Shown here: positions 1 through 12,843 of the stretch, one piece after another
How positions within the stretch are numbered: position 1 is the first letter of the stretch
Layout of the letters: every line of letters begins with the position of its first letter
Notes under the pieces: model-generated
Database searches by the model: none
What the model saw: the letters and a program-made list of their open reading frames with translations, nothing else
Told to the model about the DNA's origin: nothing
NCBI RefSeq assembly: GCF_006345805.1
Contig: NC_043015.1
Span: forward strand, 29,636,001 to 29,700,000
Reading direction: 5' to 3'
Source of the DNA: Octopus sinensis
Taxonomy: Eukaryota
DNA: 64,000 nt
Made by a program: the position numbers and the translations under genes

Positions 1-72
1 AATACATCTATATACTTTTATGTATATACGCGTGTGTGTATGTCTGTGTGTGCATCTCTCTCTCTCTATCTT

Positions 73-108
<36 letters not shown>

Positions 109-408
109 ATAAAACAATTTAATAAATAAAACATATGCATACATACATACATATATGTACATACCTGCATCTATATGTATATATACATGCATATATGAGT
201 ACAGGACACCACAAATAAACGTAGAACACAACGAGAAACGGAAACACAAAACCAAACAAGGAAACGGACTTTTTTTAACAACGAAAAAACAGAGTACAAG
301 ACAAACAACACAAGGAACATTCCCCTTCTTCAGCTGCCCCTTCTTCGACTCAATGCGTGTTTCGACGCACGCGTCGTTTTCTTCTTCTTCCAAGTAAGTT
401 TTATTTCA

Positions 409-456
<48 letters not shown>

Positions 457-1047
457 TGTGTACTTAAATGTCGAACGACGGAAATTAGTGCTCAACACAG
501 CATTAGTGGATATAGTTTCTTTATTCGTGAATTAAGGCTATCTTTGGTTTCATGTTAAGAAAATTAGGAAAATGTCTTAGCGTCTTAACAATTTTTCAAG
601 CCGATCACATGGAAAAGGGTATTCGCCTCCATTTTGGAAAACACTCTCGCTTCGTTCACAGAGTTTCTCGTAGATTCGTGTAAATAAAACAGTAACTCAA
701 TGAATCAAGGGACGTTACTCTTGAATGGCATCTTTTGGATGTTTGTTTCCTTTGAATTTGTCGATTTTTCAGTAATACAGGGTTCACATTTTGGTACCCC
801 TTTCCCAGTATTTTTTGGCTTTAGCAATAATTTTCCATTCTATCTGGGGGTTAGGGTTGCTTATTCTACCTTCTTTCACTGCCCATATCCATATTTTTAT
901 TACTTTTTCTTTTGTCTTACTCGATTACGTTTTGATTGTTTTGCTAAATTTTTCTTGAGAACATTTCTTAGTGGTGAGACCGTAGCTGATCTATTTCTAG
1001 CATGAGGGTGTCCACATAGTGGTTTCCCTCTAATATATATATATATC

Positions 1048-1080
<33 letters not shown>

Positions 1081-1108
1081 TATATATACTATATATATAT
1101 ATATATAT

Positions 1109-1320
1109 GGGGCGCATGGCTTAGTGGTTAGGTTGTTGGGGTTTCGTCGATTCTTGGACCGGGCAATGCGTTGTGTTCTTTTCACTTTGCTCCAGTCCAC
1201 TCAGCTGTCAAAAATGAGTAATCCTGCAACGGACCGGCGTCCCGTCCAGGTGAAGAATTTCTACGCTACTGAAACCGGGAAACCGGCCCTTATGAGCCTG
1301 ACATGGCTCGAGAAGGAACA
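1109..1320 (+). mobile_element. tRNA-derived SINE, short variant sharing its 3' tail with group A
   Basis: A-box-like TGGCTTAGTGG head and a distinct middle (tgctccagtccactcagctg..aaatgagta). The 3' part (ggaccggcgtcccgtccagg...gaaaccggcccttatgagcc...ctcgagaaggaaca) matches the element at 1328. Confidence 0.75.
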
Positions 1321-1327
1321 TTTAATT

Positions 1328-1626
1328 GGAGGAACATGGCCTAGTGGTTAGAGCAGCGAACTTGCGTCGAGGGATCGCGGGTTCGAATTTCGGCTCGAGC
1401 GTTGTGTGTGTTTATGAGCGAAAACAGCTAAGCTCCACGCGGCTCCGGCAGAAGGTAATGGAGAACCTCTGCTGACTCTTTCGCCACAACTTTCTCTCAC
1501 TCTTTCCTCCTGCATCTTGCAGCTCACCTGCGAGGGACCGGCATCCCGTCCAGGTATGGGAACCTATACGCCAGCGAAACCGGGAAACCGGCACTATGAG
1601 CCAGGCATGGCTTGAGAAGGAACAAA
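1328..1626 (+). mobile_element. tRNA(Arg)-like SINE, group A
   Basis: A box TGGCCTAGTGG and B box GGTTCGAAT; near-identical copies at 3817 and 34851. Confidence 0.88.
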
Positions 1627-1629
1627 TAA

Positions 1630-1670
<41 letters not shown>

Positions 1671-2444
1671 CCGTTGATTTCCTATATTAAATATGATGCA
1701 TGCACACTAAAAAATTTTCCATACTTTAAAACATGTTTACAAGTTATATTGAATTATGGCAGTGTTGTCCTTTACTTATATTTTCTATTTATTGCATATT
1801 ATCATGTTTCTGTTCTTTTTCAATCTTTATTTAAACTGGTCTTCATTTACACCTTTGCCTATTTTCAGATTTCTTTCCCTGTGAAACTCAGCAGATGTTA
1901 AGAGCTAAATAGTTTATTTAGAATCCAGTTTCCATCACGAAAGATACTAAACGAATTACTAATCTCCATTTAGGAGAAACCCAACCACATTATGAGATCT
2001 ACAAAAATGTGTGGGAGATAGAATAAATATTCTTTCAAATATATATTAATAAAATCGGTAGCGGAAGAGAAAATAATTTGTTTAATAGTAAGAAAGAGTA
2101 AAAGAAACAAAATTAAAAGTTATAAATCAATATATATAATATAATATAATAATATAATATAACATAATATATAATAATATAATATAATATAATATAATAT
2201 AATATAATATAATATAATATTATATATATAATATATATATAATATATATATGAGTTCGAGGTTAGACAACCATCTAAGGGATAATAAAATAATAAATATC
2301 CAATATACTACTGGAGGGATGTCTATATATATATTCACAGGCTTGCTGTTACAAGGCAATAGTACATTTGAATAACAGGTAGAAGTGAAGGTAATATATA
2401 TATATATATACATATATACATACATATATACATATATACATACA

Positions 2445-2491
<47 letters not shown>

Positions 2492-2782
2492 TTAAGTCAC
2501 AATATATGGATTCAAGTAACCCGGTAGTACTCGTAAAGAAAACACCTTAATGTATCATTATAATAATATAAAATATTTACATGCTTTGTAGTTACGAAAC
2601 AATGTGTCCTGACATTAGAATTTTCTTATTGTTGAATAAAATTTAATCAAACCATTTGTCTATCATTCATGACTTTTTATATACGTCTGTTCCGTAGGAT
2701 CTGACAATACTGATATTTTTAACCCCGGGAGGACGCCTCCTCAAGCTTGTTTATTCGATGCAATCTACACCCAATATATTAT

Positions 2783-2841
<59 letters not shown>

Positions 2842-3584
2842 CTTATATTCTATATTATAATATATATATATATATATATATTATATACACCTACAAATTG
2901 ATCTCTCGAAGAGTGAATTTGATAAAATTAGCTAATTTATTGGATTCCATCTATTATAAATAACTTACGAACATGTTATTTAACTTTATGAACGAATAAC
3001 AGTTCTGTGATCAGGTTGTGTGCTGTTGTAGAGGATAATCATAATTGATAAGTCACGCAATTTAATATAATGTAGTTTTATCCGCCCCTCGCAAATCCTC
3101 TCTGCCATAAGCTTTACCATTCTGTTGCTCGTCTGGTTGCAATCCAATGACTGTAAAAACATTTTTAAAAAATAATAAAATAAAAAGTAACAATGATGGA
3201 TATAAATATCAGTTTTTAACTTCTGCCTTGATACACTCAGGACGTTTGTGAGCCAAGAGAGTGATCCAACCAATCTGTGTATCATCAGTAAGAAATGAAC
3301 AGAGAATTAGATACATATAAAAGTAAGTGTCTGTGATATCTTTTGGTATTAACGTTACAGATATATCAGAACGTCGCCTTTGGATTTTACAGTGTAGAGT
3401 CTTTGTTTATCTAACAAATCCCAGTTAAATCTTTGCTTTTTATTAGTCCTGTCAAGGAGGGGTTCCCCTACGCGGTCACTGGATCTGCTAGAAACAGAAG
3501 CTATACATGGTATGAATAGTCTTAGGTGAGCAAAAATATGGGATGATCGTGAATATAAGAATGCTATCCAATATAGTTCAGCAG

Positions 3585-3790
3585 TGAACTGGCAGAATCA
3601 TAGTACGTAGGACAGAATAACTAGCTGTTCTTCCGGATCTTTACGTTCTGAGTTCAAATAGCTCTGAGATCAAACTTTGCCTTTTATCTTTTGGGGTCAT
3701 TGAAATAAAGTATTAGCGGAGCAGTGGGGTCGAGGTAAACGATTTCCTCCTCTTCTAAAAACTGCTGGCCTTGTGGAAAAATTAGAAAGG
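3585..3790 (+). mobile_element. Degenerate group C SINE (older tail type)
   Basis: Diverged match: gaactggcagaatc...tttacgttctgagttcaaat...ctttgccttttatcttttggggtc...ctgctggccttgtg. Confidence 0.7.
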
Positions 3791-3816
3791 CTTATAGGTC
3801 TACATTATTAGAGTTC

Positions 3817-4114
3817 GTGGAGGCACATGGCCTAGTGGTTAGAGCAGCGGATTCGCGTTCGAGGGATCGCGGGTTCGAATCTCAGCCCAAGCGATGTGTG
3901 TGTTTATGAGCGAAACACCTAAGCTCCACGCGGCTCCGGCAGAAGGTAATGGCGAAACTTCTGCTGACTCTTTCGCCACAACTTTCTCTCACTCTTTCCT
4001 CCTGCATCTTGCAGCTCACCTGCAACGGATCGGCATCCCGTCCAGGTGGTGAACCTATACGCCAAGAAACCGGCCCTTATGAGCCAGGTGTGACTCGAGA
4101 AAGAACATACAATA
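3817..4114 (+). mobile_element. tRNA(Arg)-like SINE, group A, with 15-bp TSD
   Basis: A/B boxes; direct repeat ACATTATTAGAGTTC at 3802-3816 and 4115-4129. Confidence 0.92.
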
Positions 4115-4441
4115 ACATTATTAGAGTTCAGCTGTGGCAGAGCAACAATCAATAAACAAGAACAAAAACAACAGCAATAGCAACCACCACCGCTGCCACA
4201 ACAATGACAACACAAACAACAATGACCACGAAAACGTTATACAATACAGTTAATAAACTACTTAAAAAAACAAGATAGCATAAACAGCTCCAACGGTGGT
4301 ACATGTTCACCGTGTGATTAAATCTATTCAATAGATGAGATTAGTTAAAACATTATTTAATACAAGCGAAATATCTGCTCAATAAGAATTTATAAATCAT
4401 TACTAATTGAAGGCTCAAAGGTAGAAGACTCCTCTCTCTCT

Positions 4442-4474
<33 letters not shown>

Positions 4475-6010
4475 CTATATATATATATATCACATACTAC
4501 ATACATGTGTATACATGTGTATATATATACATATACATACATAGAACATAGATACATATACATATATATATATAATAATATATATAATATATATATTAAT
4601 ATAATATATATATATAATATATATAGGCTCTATATATATATATATATAGTCACATGTATGTATGTATAATGGCTGGCTTCTATTGATTGGCAAAGTCAAT
4701 TTCCAACCGTGTTTAAAATTGATTAGCTGCGAAACTCTTCTGTTCTGTAATATAGGAGCCGCTGTTCCATCATTATTTCTTTGGACATCGATTAGCTGAT
4801 GTAAAAACAAAAACAAAACAAACTAAAGAATAAAAAAACATGTCTGCATCATTTTAATCCAAGCTAAGCTGGCAATAAATCAATGAATCGATTATTCAAT
4901 AACCAATTGATTGCTTTTCAGTCGTAAAACTCCATCATTAGAATTTCGAATTTGTTGGTTGGTTAAATCAACAGGAAAAATACTTTCTTAAAATGGACGT
5001 ATTTTACTTTGGAATCACAAAAAAAAGCTTATTTTTTTTCTAAAATTATGTTTTTTGTTTGTGTCTTTTATTTTTTACATATTAAAAAAAAAACGTGCTT
5101 TTTTTTCCTGTTTAATGTTTTTACCGGGTTTGTAATCAGGTTAGCATTTTTGCAGCGGAAATGAATAGGAATAAAAAAAAAAGATAAAAACAAAACAAAA
5201 CATAACAACTAACAAAACTTTAACTGAAAATTAAAACCCAACAAAACACACATTAAATATAAAACAAAAACACTATAAAAAAAACAGCTATAAAACGTAA
5301 CAAAATCAACAAATTCATAAACGCATGCTTTAAATGGGGTGGCTGGAGATTTCAAGGAGAAATTAGCCAATGGGGAAGGAAGCAAATTCAAGCAAAAACG
5401 CCATTAATCAATGTTAAATATTCTTCATTCATTTCCATATTAGATCACTGTTTCTGAATTTCTTCTTCCCCCCCGCCCAATAGTATTTTTCCCCCTGATT
5501 AATTAGTTGCTTGGTGTATTTGTAGGTGTGTGTGTATGTCTGTGTGTATGTGTGTGTGTTTGGTCGCGTATGTGTATCTGTATGCGTTTCTAAGAGCGCG
5601 TACGTGTGTGTGTCTCTTGTCCTGTGTTCCGTTTTTTTTTGCTATTCTCTCAAATATATATTGAATTTACGCATGTACCTATGTACATGTGCATAAAGTG
5701 GTTTTTTTTTCCAATTTTCACTTCTTTACTATCGTCACTACCGCCACCACTGTCTCTCTTTACACACACACACACACACACACGCACTAGCACCATCACG
5801 ACCGACAGTGAAAACATCAGCCACACCACTACAACCACCACCACCACTACCTCACCAATATTACACCACTCACTACAACAAATCTTCTTCCATTAACCAT
5901 TACATCTCCATTCTGATTCTTTAGCTGTTCTATTTACGTAGAGTAAATTGCAAAAATGGCTGGCTCAATTTTATGTTGGTTTAAAACAGAAACAAAAAAA
6001 TTAGATGTTT

Positions 6011-6041
<31 letters not shown>

Positions 6042-6152
6042 GTATATATATAGCCAGACCTAATGTATATATATATATGTATATGTATGTAATATATATA
6101 CTATTATATACATATACATACATAGATACATATATCTATCTATTTATACCTG

Positions 6153-6215
<63 letters not shown>

Positions 6216-7178
6216 CTCTCTCACACTCCCTCTCTCCCTCTCTCTCTCCCTCTCTCTCCATGTATATATATATATATATATATAGTATTTGCACTCGTCA
6301 TGTTTACAGTTCTCTTTCTTTAAACCGAGACGTAAACAAGACATAATTTGAAGGTACTTTTAATGATATATTTACTCGCCTCAGAAGCTTTGCACTCTCA
6401 ATTGCAATAATTATTTTGATTCATATTTTAACATTAATGGAAAAAGAAAGCGAAGAATGAATATTCAGCCATGTGCTCTTAGTTCATTTAAATTAATGTT
6501 TGAAAATGAATTTATAAAATTTATGTCCCTGGAATGTGGCACAGTCGACACCAAAGGCACAGTCTCCAGTGCTAAAATGTTCTAGTAAATTCTAATAGTT
6601 GAAGCTGATACCTTTCGGGAGATAGGAAAAATCGACGTTCTCTCCACCAGGACTTTGTCTTATCGACTCCAGAAGGATGAAAGACAAAGTTGATTGTAGA
6701 GCGATTTAAACTTGATGGTAAAGCGCCAAAACTACACTCCACAGTTTCTTCCAATTGACCACAATTTGAAACTCTAATATGATTTCAAATTTTGGCACAA
6801 GGCCAGCAATTTTAAGGAGAGAAGGATAGTCAATTATATCGACCGAATTTAGTCATACATGCTCTTTGTCACAGTGCTATATTTAACACTCGCTGCTAGC
6901 GAATGGACTGACACGCAAATAATATCGACTACACTTACACAACGAATTTTTCCTGAGTAACCCTGCGTTGCATCCCCTTGAAGAACGAAGTCAAGTTAAC
7001 ACTCAGGATGATACGACAAAAAACCATTTGAGACTAGTCGAACATTGTCATGCAGCGAGGCCCCTGCAATATTACTGAAGGGCATATTTCCATAGACAGC
7101 GTAAATATCTTTATTTACATATAAAATGTTAATTTACAATTTATTCACACACACACATGCACACACGTACATACGTTA

Positions 7179-7252
<74 letters not shown>

Positions 7253-7314
7253 ATATCTATCTATCTACCTACTTATCTATCTATCTATCTACCTACTTAT
7301 CTATCTATCTATCT

Positions 7315-7390
7315 TTCATCCCCCAAAAGAAAAGCTCTACCTTGTAATTTGTCCCATCTGTGTGCAGCCCTGTGTGGTCAATAAAGAAAC
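7315..7390 (+). mobile_element. Short retroelement 3' end sharing the group C SINE tail, inside (CTAT)n
   Basis: tttgtcccatctgtgtgcagccctgtgtggtcaataaagaaa resembles the SINE C tail tttgtcccctctgtgtttagccccttgtgggtagtaaagaaa; the upstream sequence differs. Confidence 0.55.
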
Positions 7391-7425
7391 TTATCTATCT
7401 ATCTATCTTTCTATCTATCTATCTA

Positions 7426-7465
<40 letters not shown>

Positions 7466-8074
7466 AAAAAAGATGAGTGAATGTAGCAAGGATGGCACGT
7501 GTGAATGACGGAGCCAGCTTGAGCATAATCCTCTGAACCAAAAGAAAAAAAAAACGAAAGGGAAAGGAGAACCACTTGCTGTAATGTGCTTTCTTTTTGC
7601 ATGACACCATTGCCCTACAGCAACTACACATTGTTCTGCATGCAATTGTGCATCCTAGTCGCTGCAATTTCATCAAGGTCCCATCACTTGCGACGTTTTC
7701 AAAGTGAACTAATTCAAACAAGCTACCTGCGTTGGTATTCAGTTGAAGGTGATAGCGTTACTTTTTAAATAGAACTGAATTCTGGCCTTCTAATCACATC
7801 CACTGGTATTACGGTTGAATCATGGTTTTTAAATGTTTATTTATATTACAATTAATTGTAGAAGTTTTGTTTACATTTTACTCTATAGAGTACATTATTT
7901 ATTCAGATGTATTTCATTTATTTTGGGTTTATACCCTCAATTAATATTATTTTCATTATTATTATAATTATATTTATTAGTATTATTTGCACAAATATCA
8001 TGAATTATCACAATCATTATTTCAACTAGTATAATTACTATAGATGGTAAGTTATGTTTCTTAAAATCGTTTAA

Positions 8075-8460
8075 ACGTATATCTAATACGGTGCGGACAT
8101 CTCATAACCTGTTCCTGTCTAGTACTTATAAGAGTAAATTTAGAAGTGAAAATTTGGTACATTTATCGCCTATTCTATAAGGTTTTGCTTTACTAATTAT
8201 TTCCCAAGCAACCGAAAATACTTTGTTACTATCTTTTAGTGCCTAACTTAGCTTACTAAGTCTGGTAGTATTAATTTTGTCCCTGTTTCTAAACGAACTT
8301 AAATGATTGGCGATTCTCCGCTTAATATAACATGAGCTAGCTCCTATATAGAAATAACACTCTATTCTCTGAGGTGATCTTACTTTATGCCTACAAATAG
8401 ATTTAAGCGGACAGACCCTGTTCCTTGCACAATCGCATTTAATAGTTCTACTACTTCTAT
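8075..8460 (-). pseudogene. Penelope-like element GIY-YIG endonuclease remnant
   Basis: ORF 8243..8539 gives CDC..CPL..C, YIG, RIANHLSSF, TRLSK. Reading through the stop gives ALK..WEII..KPY and later RCPHR, the usual PLE endonuclease motif order. Confidence 0.8.
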
Positions 8461-8795
8461 TACTAGTATCCACTTCACCTATTCTAGATGTGATTTCTAT
8501 ATTCTCCTGTCCATCTTCTAAGCTATTAGTCCTTTTCACACAGCCAAATTCTGAGTTATTTGCTTTTTAGGCTCCACATCTTCTACTTCCAGGTTAATTG
8601 TGGAGTTTTCTTTGGTTTCTTAAATATTATTGGTTGTCAAACCATAGTTCCTATCCTGATGCCTAGTTGTGTTACTTATCGTTTGTCCGCTTCATGTTGA
8701 CAGTGTTGCTATTTATTGATCTATAATTATAATTCTGGTCACCATTATTGCTATTTTTCATATGGAAACTGTTAAATTTGCTATCGATGCGTGCT

Positions 8796-8955
8796 GTTAT
8801 TCTACCAAATATATACGTTATTATTATTATTTTGTAATTTACTTAATCATCGGTATATTATTGTTATTTTAATTTTAATATTTCTATTATATGCAATTTT
8901 CTAGATGGTGTAATTGAATTGTTTCATTTTGAATTGATAAAAGGTGTTTTTTTCT
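8796..8955. repeat. Dispersed AT-rich repeat, inverted copy at 15393-15550
   Basis: ttctaccaaatatatacg...ctagatggtgtaatt...gaattgataaaaggtgtttt is the reverse complement of 15393-15550; both copies abut (TA)n. Confidence 0.75.
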
Positions 8956-9049
8956 AATATATATATATACATATATATATATATGTATGTATTAAATATG
9001 TATGTATTTACATATATGTATATACAAGCATACATACAAACATACATAT

Positions 9050-9081
<32 letters not shown>

Positions 9082-9456
9082 GTTTATAAAGTCAAAAAAT
9101 AAAACATTGAAAAAATTGAAGCCAGAATATTAAGCAGCACAGCTGTGTCTTAATTAGCTGTTTATTAAGTTGATAATGGTCCGAGTAAATTTAGGTACCA
9201 TTCCTCTCTACTAATTAAAAGTTTATTCATTTCATTTTATTTCGTTCTTACGCCCCGCTTCCTCCGCAATTTCGTTGTCCCTGGTAATGCTATTAGAGTT
9301 GTATTTATTGTTGTTATTGCTACTGTACAGATTTGTCTTGGATATGATTTTACCGAAGAAGAATTTTCCATTCTTGCAGATGTTTTTTTAGTTATCGATG
9401 GCCGTTTCCTTGTCGTCGACGTCATCGTCGCTGTTGTTGTTATCGTTATTGTTATT

Positions 9457-9868
9457 CTCTTTTACTCTTTTACTTGTTTCAGTCATTTGACTGCGGCCAT
9501 GCTGGAGCACCGCCTTTAATCGAGCAACTCGACCCCGGGACTTATTCTTTTTTTGTAAGCCTAGTACTTATTCTATCGCTCTCTTTTGCCGAACCGCTAA
9601 GTAACGGGGACATAAACACACCAGCATCGGTTGTCAAGCAATGCTAGGGGGACAAACACAGACACACAAACACACACACGCATATATATATAATTATACA
9701 TATACGACGGGCTTCTTTCAGTTTCCGTCTACCAAATCCACTCACAAGGCATTGGTCGGCCCGAGGCTATAGTAGAAGACACTTACCCAAGGTGCCACGC
9801 AGTGGGACTGAACCCAGAACCATGTGGTTGGTAAACAAGCTACTTACCACACAGCCACTCCTGCGCCT
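9457..9868 (-). mobile_element. tRNA-type SINE, group B (CORE-like motif, internal microsatellite)
   Basis: Minus strand: caggagtggctgtgtggtaag head, ggttcagtccc B-box-like, ccttggg.aagtgtctt, internal (TA/TG)n, gtaaaagag repeat tail. Six near-complete copies lie in the window. Confidence 0.9.
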
Positions 9869-10597
9869 ATTATTAATGTTATTATTATTATTATTATTAT
9901 TAGTATTTTTATTGCCAATGTCGTCGTTGGCGTTGTTGTTGTTGTTCGTTGCTCTCTTCCATTACATCCCAGATTATCAGAACATTATTGCTGGTCTAGT
10001 TTGTTTTGCTCCGCCCACCGTTGGGCGAAGGCATCGCCTCGAAATAACTGTTTAATTAAAACGGAATTACTCGTAAATTCTCACTTAATGTTGCAAAACT
10101 CTTCACTAACAAACAAAACCCGAATAACAAGCAAAAAACACCATATTTTACCTTTTACGAATATGGCCTTTCTCTCTCTCTCTCTTTTTGTCTTTCTCTC
10201 TGTTTCTGTTTGTCTGTCGGTCTGCCTGTCTCTTCCACTCTCTCACTGTCTCCTAGGCATGAAGACATACATACAAATATGCACATATATATTTCGTAAG
10301 ACTGATTGCGCTCCTTTAATAATTCATGGAACAATGGAGTGACTGGCAATTGATTACTTTTGCATGTATGTATGCATGTATGTATGTATGTATGCATGTA
10401 TGTGTGTGTTTGTACGTATGTATGGGATGTAATGTAAGAGAGCAACGAATACATGTATATACATACATGTAAATACATACATAATGCATATATATAATAA
10501 TATATTATGTATATATATGTATATATATGTATATATGTATGTATGCATGTATATATGTAAGTATATATGTACATATATAAGTATGTCTGTATAATAC

Positions 10598-10671
<74 letters not shown>

Positions 10672-10684
10672 CATATATAATATA

Positions 10685-11074
10685 CTAGCAGTATCGCCCG
10701 GCGTTGCTCGGGTTTGTAAGGGAAATAATTATATAAGCATTTTAGAGATGTAAAGTATAATAGCCATCTCAATATGGCTAACCACAAAGGGGGAGGGTGT
10801 TACTGTAGCTTTTTACGTTCTGAGATTTAATAATAAATTTTAGAGAGTTACTTCCTTATATATGTCAAAAATGGATTAAAAATGGGAAAAATTGATGGTA
10901 TTTTTTTTTTAATCGTAGACTCATCGTAGATGCGCGCTAATACCCAGACGTCTCGATATGAATCACGACTATAAGATACCCGTTTTTGGTTAAACTGCAC
11001 CGCCAAAATGTGGGAGTAGTTAGGAATCTAAATCGTAGGAGACAGACACACAACCTCACTTTTATATATAAAGA
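10685..11074 (-). mobile_element. Non-autonomous Helitron-like element, subfamily I
   Basis: Minus strand reads A|TC...CCCGAGCAACGCCGGG hairpin...CTAG|T, with no TSD; related copy at 51702-52084. Confidence 0.8.
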
Positions 11075-11139
11075 TTTCCTCTATTTACATAATATTGAGG
11101 TCTCTTTCTTTCTTTGTTATCTTACTGTTTTTACCAATA

Positions 11140-11170
<31 letters not shown>

Positions 11171-11234
11171 GTTACAGAGATGTACTTGCATAGCAAGTGA
11201 CTTGATCTGAGATCGTGTGCTGGAACGAAAACAG

Positions 11235-11491
11235 TTGCAGCGTTGAAGGTGTTTATAAGCCATTAAGAAACACACAAAAACCGTTAGATTCACTTCAACA
11301 TTTAAATTTAATTTGTGAAAATATTTTCGTCGCTTTGAGACCGCGACCTGTTAGCACGATATTTTTGTCAGTGAACAGGTCGCGGTGTGAAAGCGACGAA
11401 AATATTTTGGCAAATTAAATTTAAATGTTGAAGTGAATGTAACGGTTTTTGTGTGTTTCTTAAATGGCTACAAACACCTTCCACGCTGCAA
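11235..11491. repeat. Long inverted repeat (arms about 118 bp, 21-bp spacer), PLE-terminus-like
   Basis: 11235-11352 is the reverse complement of 11374-11491 with a few mismatches; (TA)n lies directly to the right and about 65 bp to the left. Confidence 0.9.
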
Positions 11492-11559
11492 TATATATAT
11501 ACACACATATATATATATGTATGTATGTATGTGTATATGTGTATGCATGTATGTGTGTG

Positions 11560-11783
11560 TGTGTGCGTGTCTGTGCTTGTGATTGTCCTCCACCACTGCT
11601 TGACAACGAATGTTGGTTTGTTTACATCCCTGTCACCTAGTGGTTTGACAAAGGAAACAGATAGAATAAGTACAATGCTTACAAAAATAAAACTGGAGTT
11701 GATTCATTAAACTACAATTCTTCAAGGCGTTGCCCCAGCATGGCCACAGACCAATGGCTGGAAAAAGCAGAAGAATAAAAGAA
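11560..11783 (+). mobile_element. Diverged 3' half of a group B SINE
   Basis: gcttgacaac...gatagaataagtac...ccagcatggccacag...aaaagaat. Confidence 0.75.
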
Positions 11784-11848
11784 TACATTCTCTGCTTTGG
11801 TCATATGTTGAAGGCATGAGAAAGCTTGAGTTTACATGAGAAGGCCTA

Positions 11849-12220
11849 CAGACCTGGTAGAAACAGCAGCCAAATCTCCCTCAAATCACACCTTACTGTC
11901 TTATGTATGTATATATATATGAGCCAATGAGGGGGACCTCTACATGGTAGCTAGACCTGGTAGAAATAGCAGCCAAATTTCCCCCAAATCACACCTTACT
12001 GTCTTATCTATGTATATATGTATGTATGAGCCTATGAGGGAGACCCCTATATGGCAGCTAGACCTGGTAGAAATAGCAGCCAAATTTCCCCCAAATCACA
12101 CCTTACTGTCTTATCTATGTATATATGTATGTATGAGCCTATGAGGGAGACCCCTACATGGCAGCTAGACATGGTAGAATAGCAGCCAAATCTCCTCAAA
12201 TCACACCTTACTGTCTTATC
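11849..12220. repeat. Tandem repeat, unit about 105 bp, about 3.5 copies
   Basis: agacctggtagaaatagcagccaaat..cccaaatcacaccttactgtcttat recurs near 11850, 11953, 12060 and 12167. Confidence 0.9.
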
Positions 12221-12784
12221 TTTCTGCTACTTGGATATAGGTGTTAATATTCGTCGTAAAAAAACTTTCCTGTCACACACACACGCACACACACACACAC
12301 GCACCCTCACACCACACACGCGCGCACACACCCACTCACACACACGCACGTTAGCTTACAATTTTATTTATATATTTGCGTGTCTGTGTGGAAAGAGGAA
12401 GTGGGAGGCAGAGTGAAAGAATCACTCACTACAGTAAGTCAATTACTTTCATTTTATTCGTTGCCATGTGTGTGTGCGTTTGCGTGTGGTAAACCAGACT
12501 AGAAAGCATTTGACACACCCCACAGAATGTGAGTTTTCTGTAAATTTTGCTTAACTGGAGTTTAAATTTTAAAAACTGGACCTGGCATGACGCGATGCAT
12601 TGTACTCTTAAAAATGCAAGGTAAATTGTAATTGAAGAAATCCTATATTGTAGATTTGTATAACTCCCAAGGGAGGCAGATAAAATCTGCCTTTTATAAT
12701 AAGAGATATATGTATATTGATATATATATATATATACACATATATATGTACATATTTATTAGTACACGCCTGGATATGCTGTTT

Positions 12785-12843
<59 letters not shown>

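Noticed and set aside
196-395. Possible permuted hammerhead (CTGAAGA and GAAA on the minus strand)
   Set aside because: The stems cannot be formed convincingly; probably a repeat fragment of unknown class.
1328-1400. tRNA-Arg gene (also at 3817, 35153, 62391)
   Set aside because: The acceptor stem is not intact and each head continues into a SINE body, three of them with TSDs.
3215-3292. CTGATGA followed by a tacac/gtgta hairpin on the minus strand
   Set aside because: GAAA and the cleavage triplet are missing; at most a decayed motif.
7470-7770. Possible host exon (higher-complexity island)
   Set aside because: No recognisable domain in any frame and no convincing splice-site pair.
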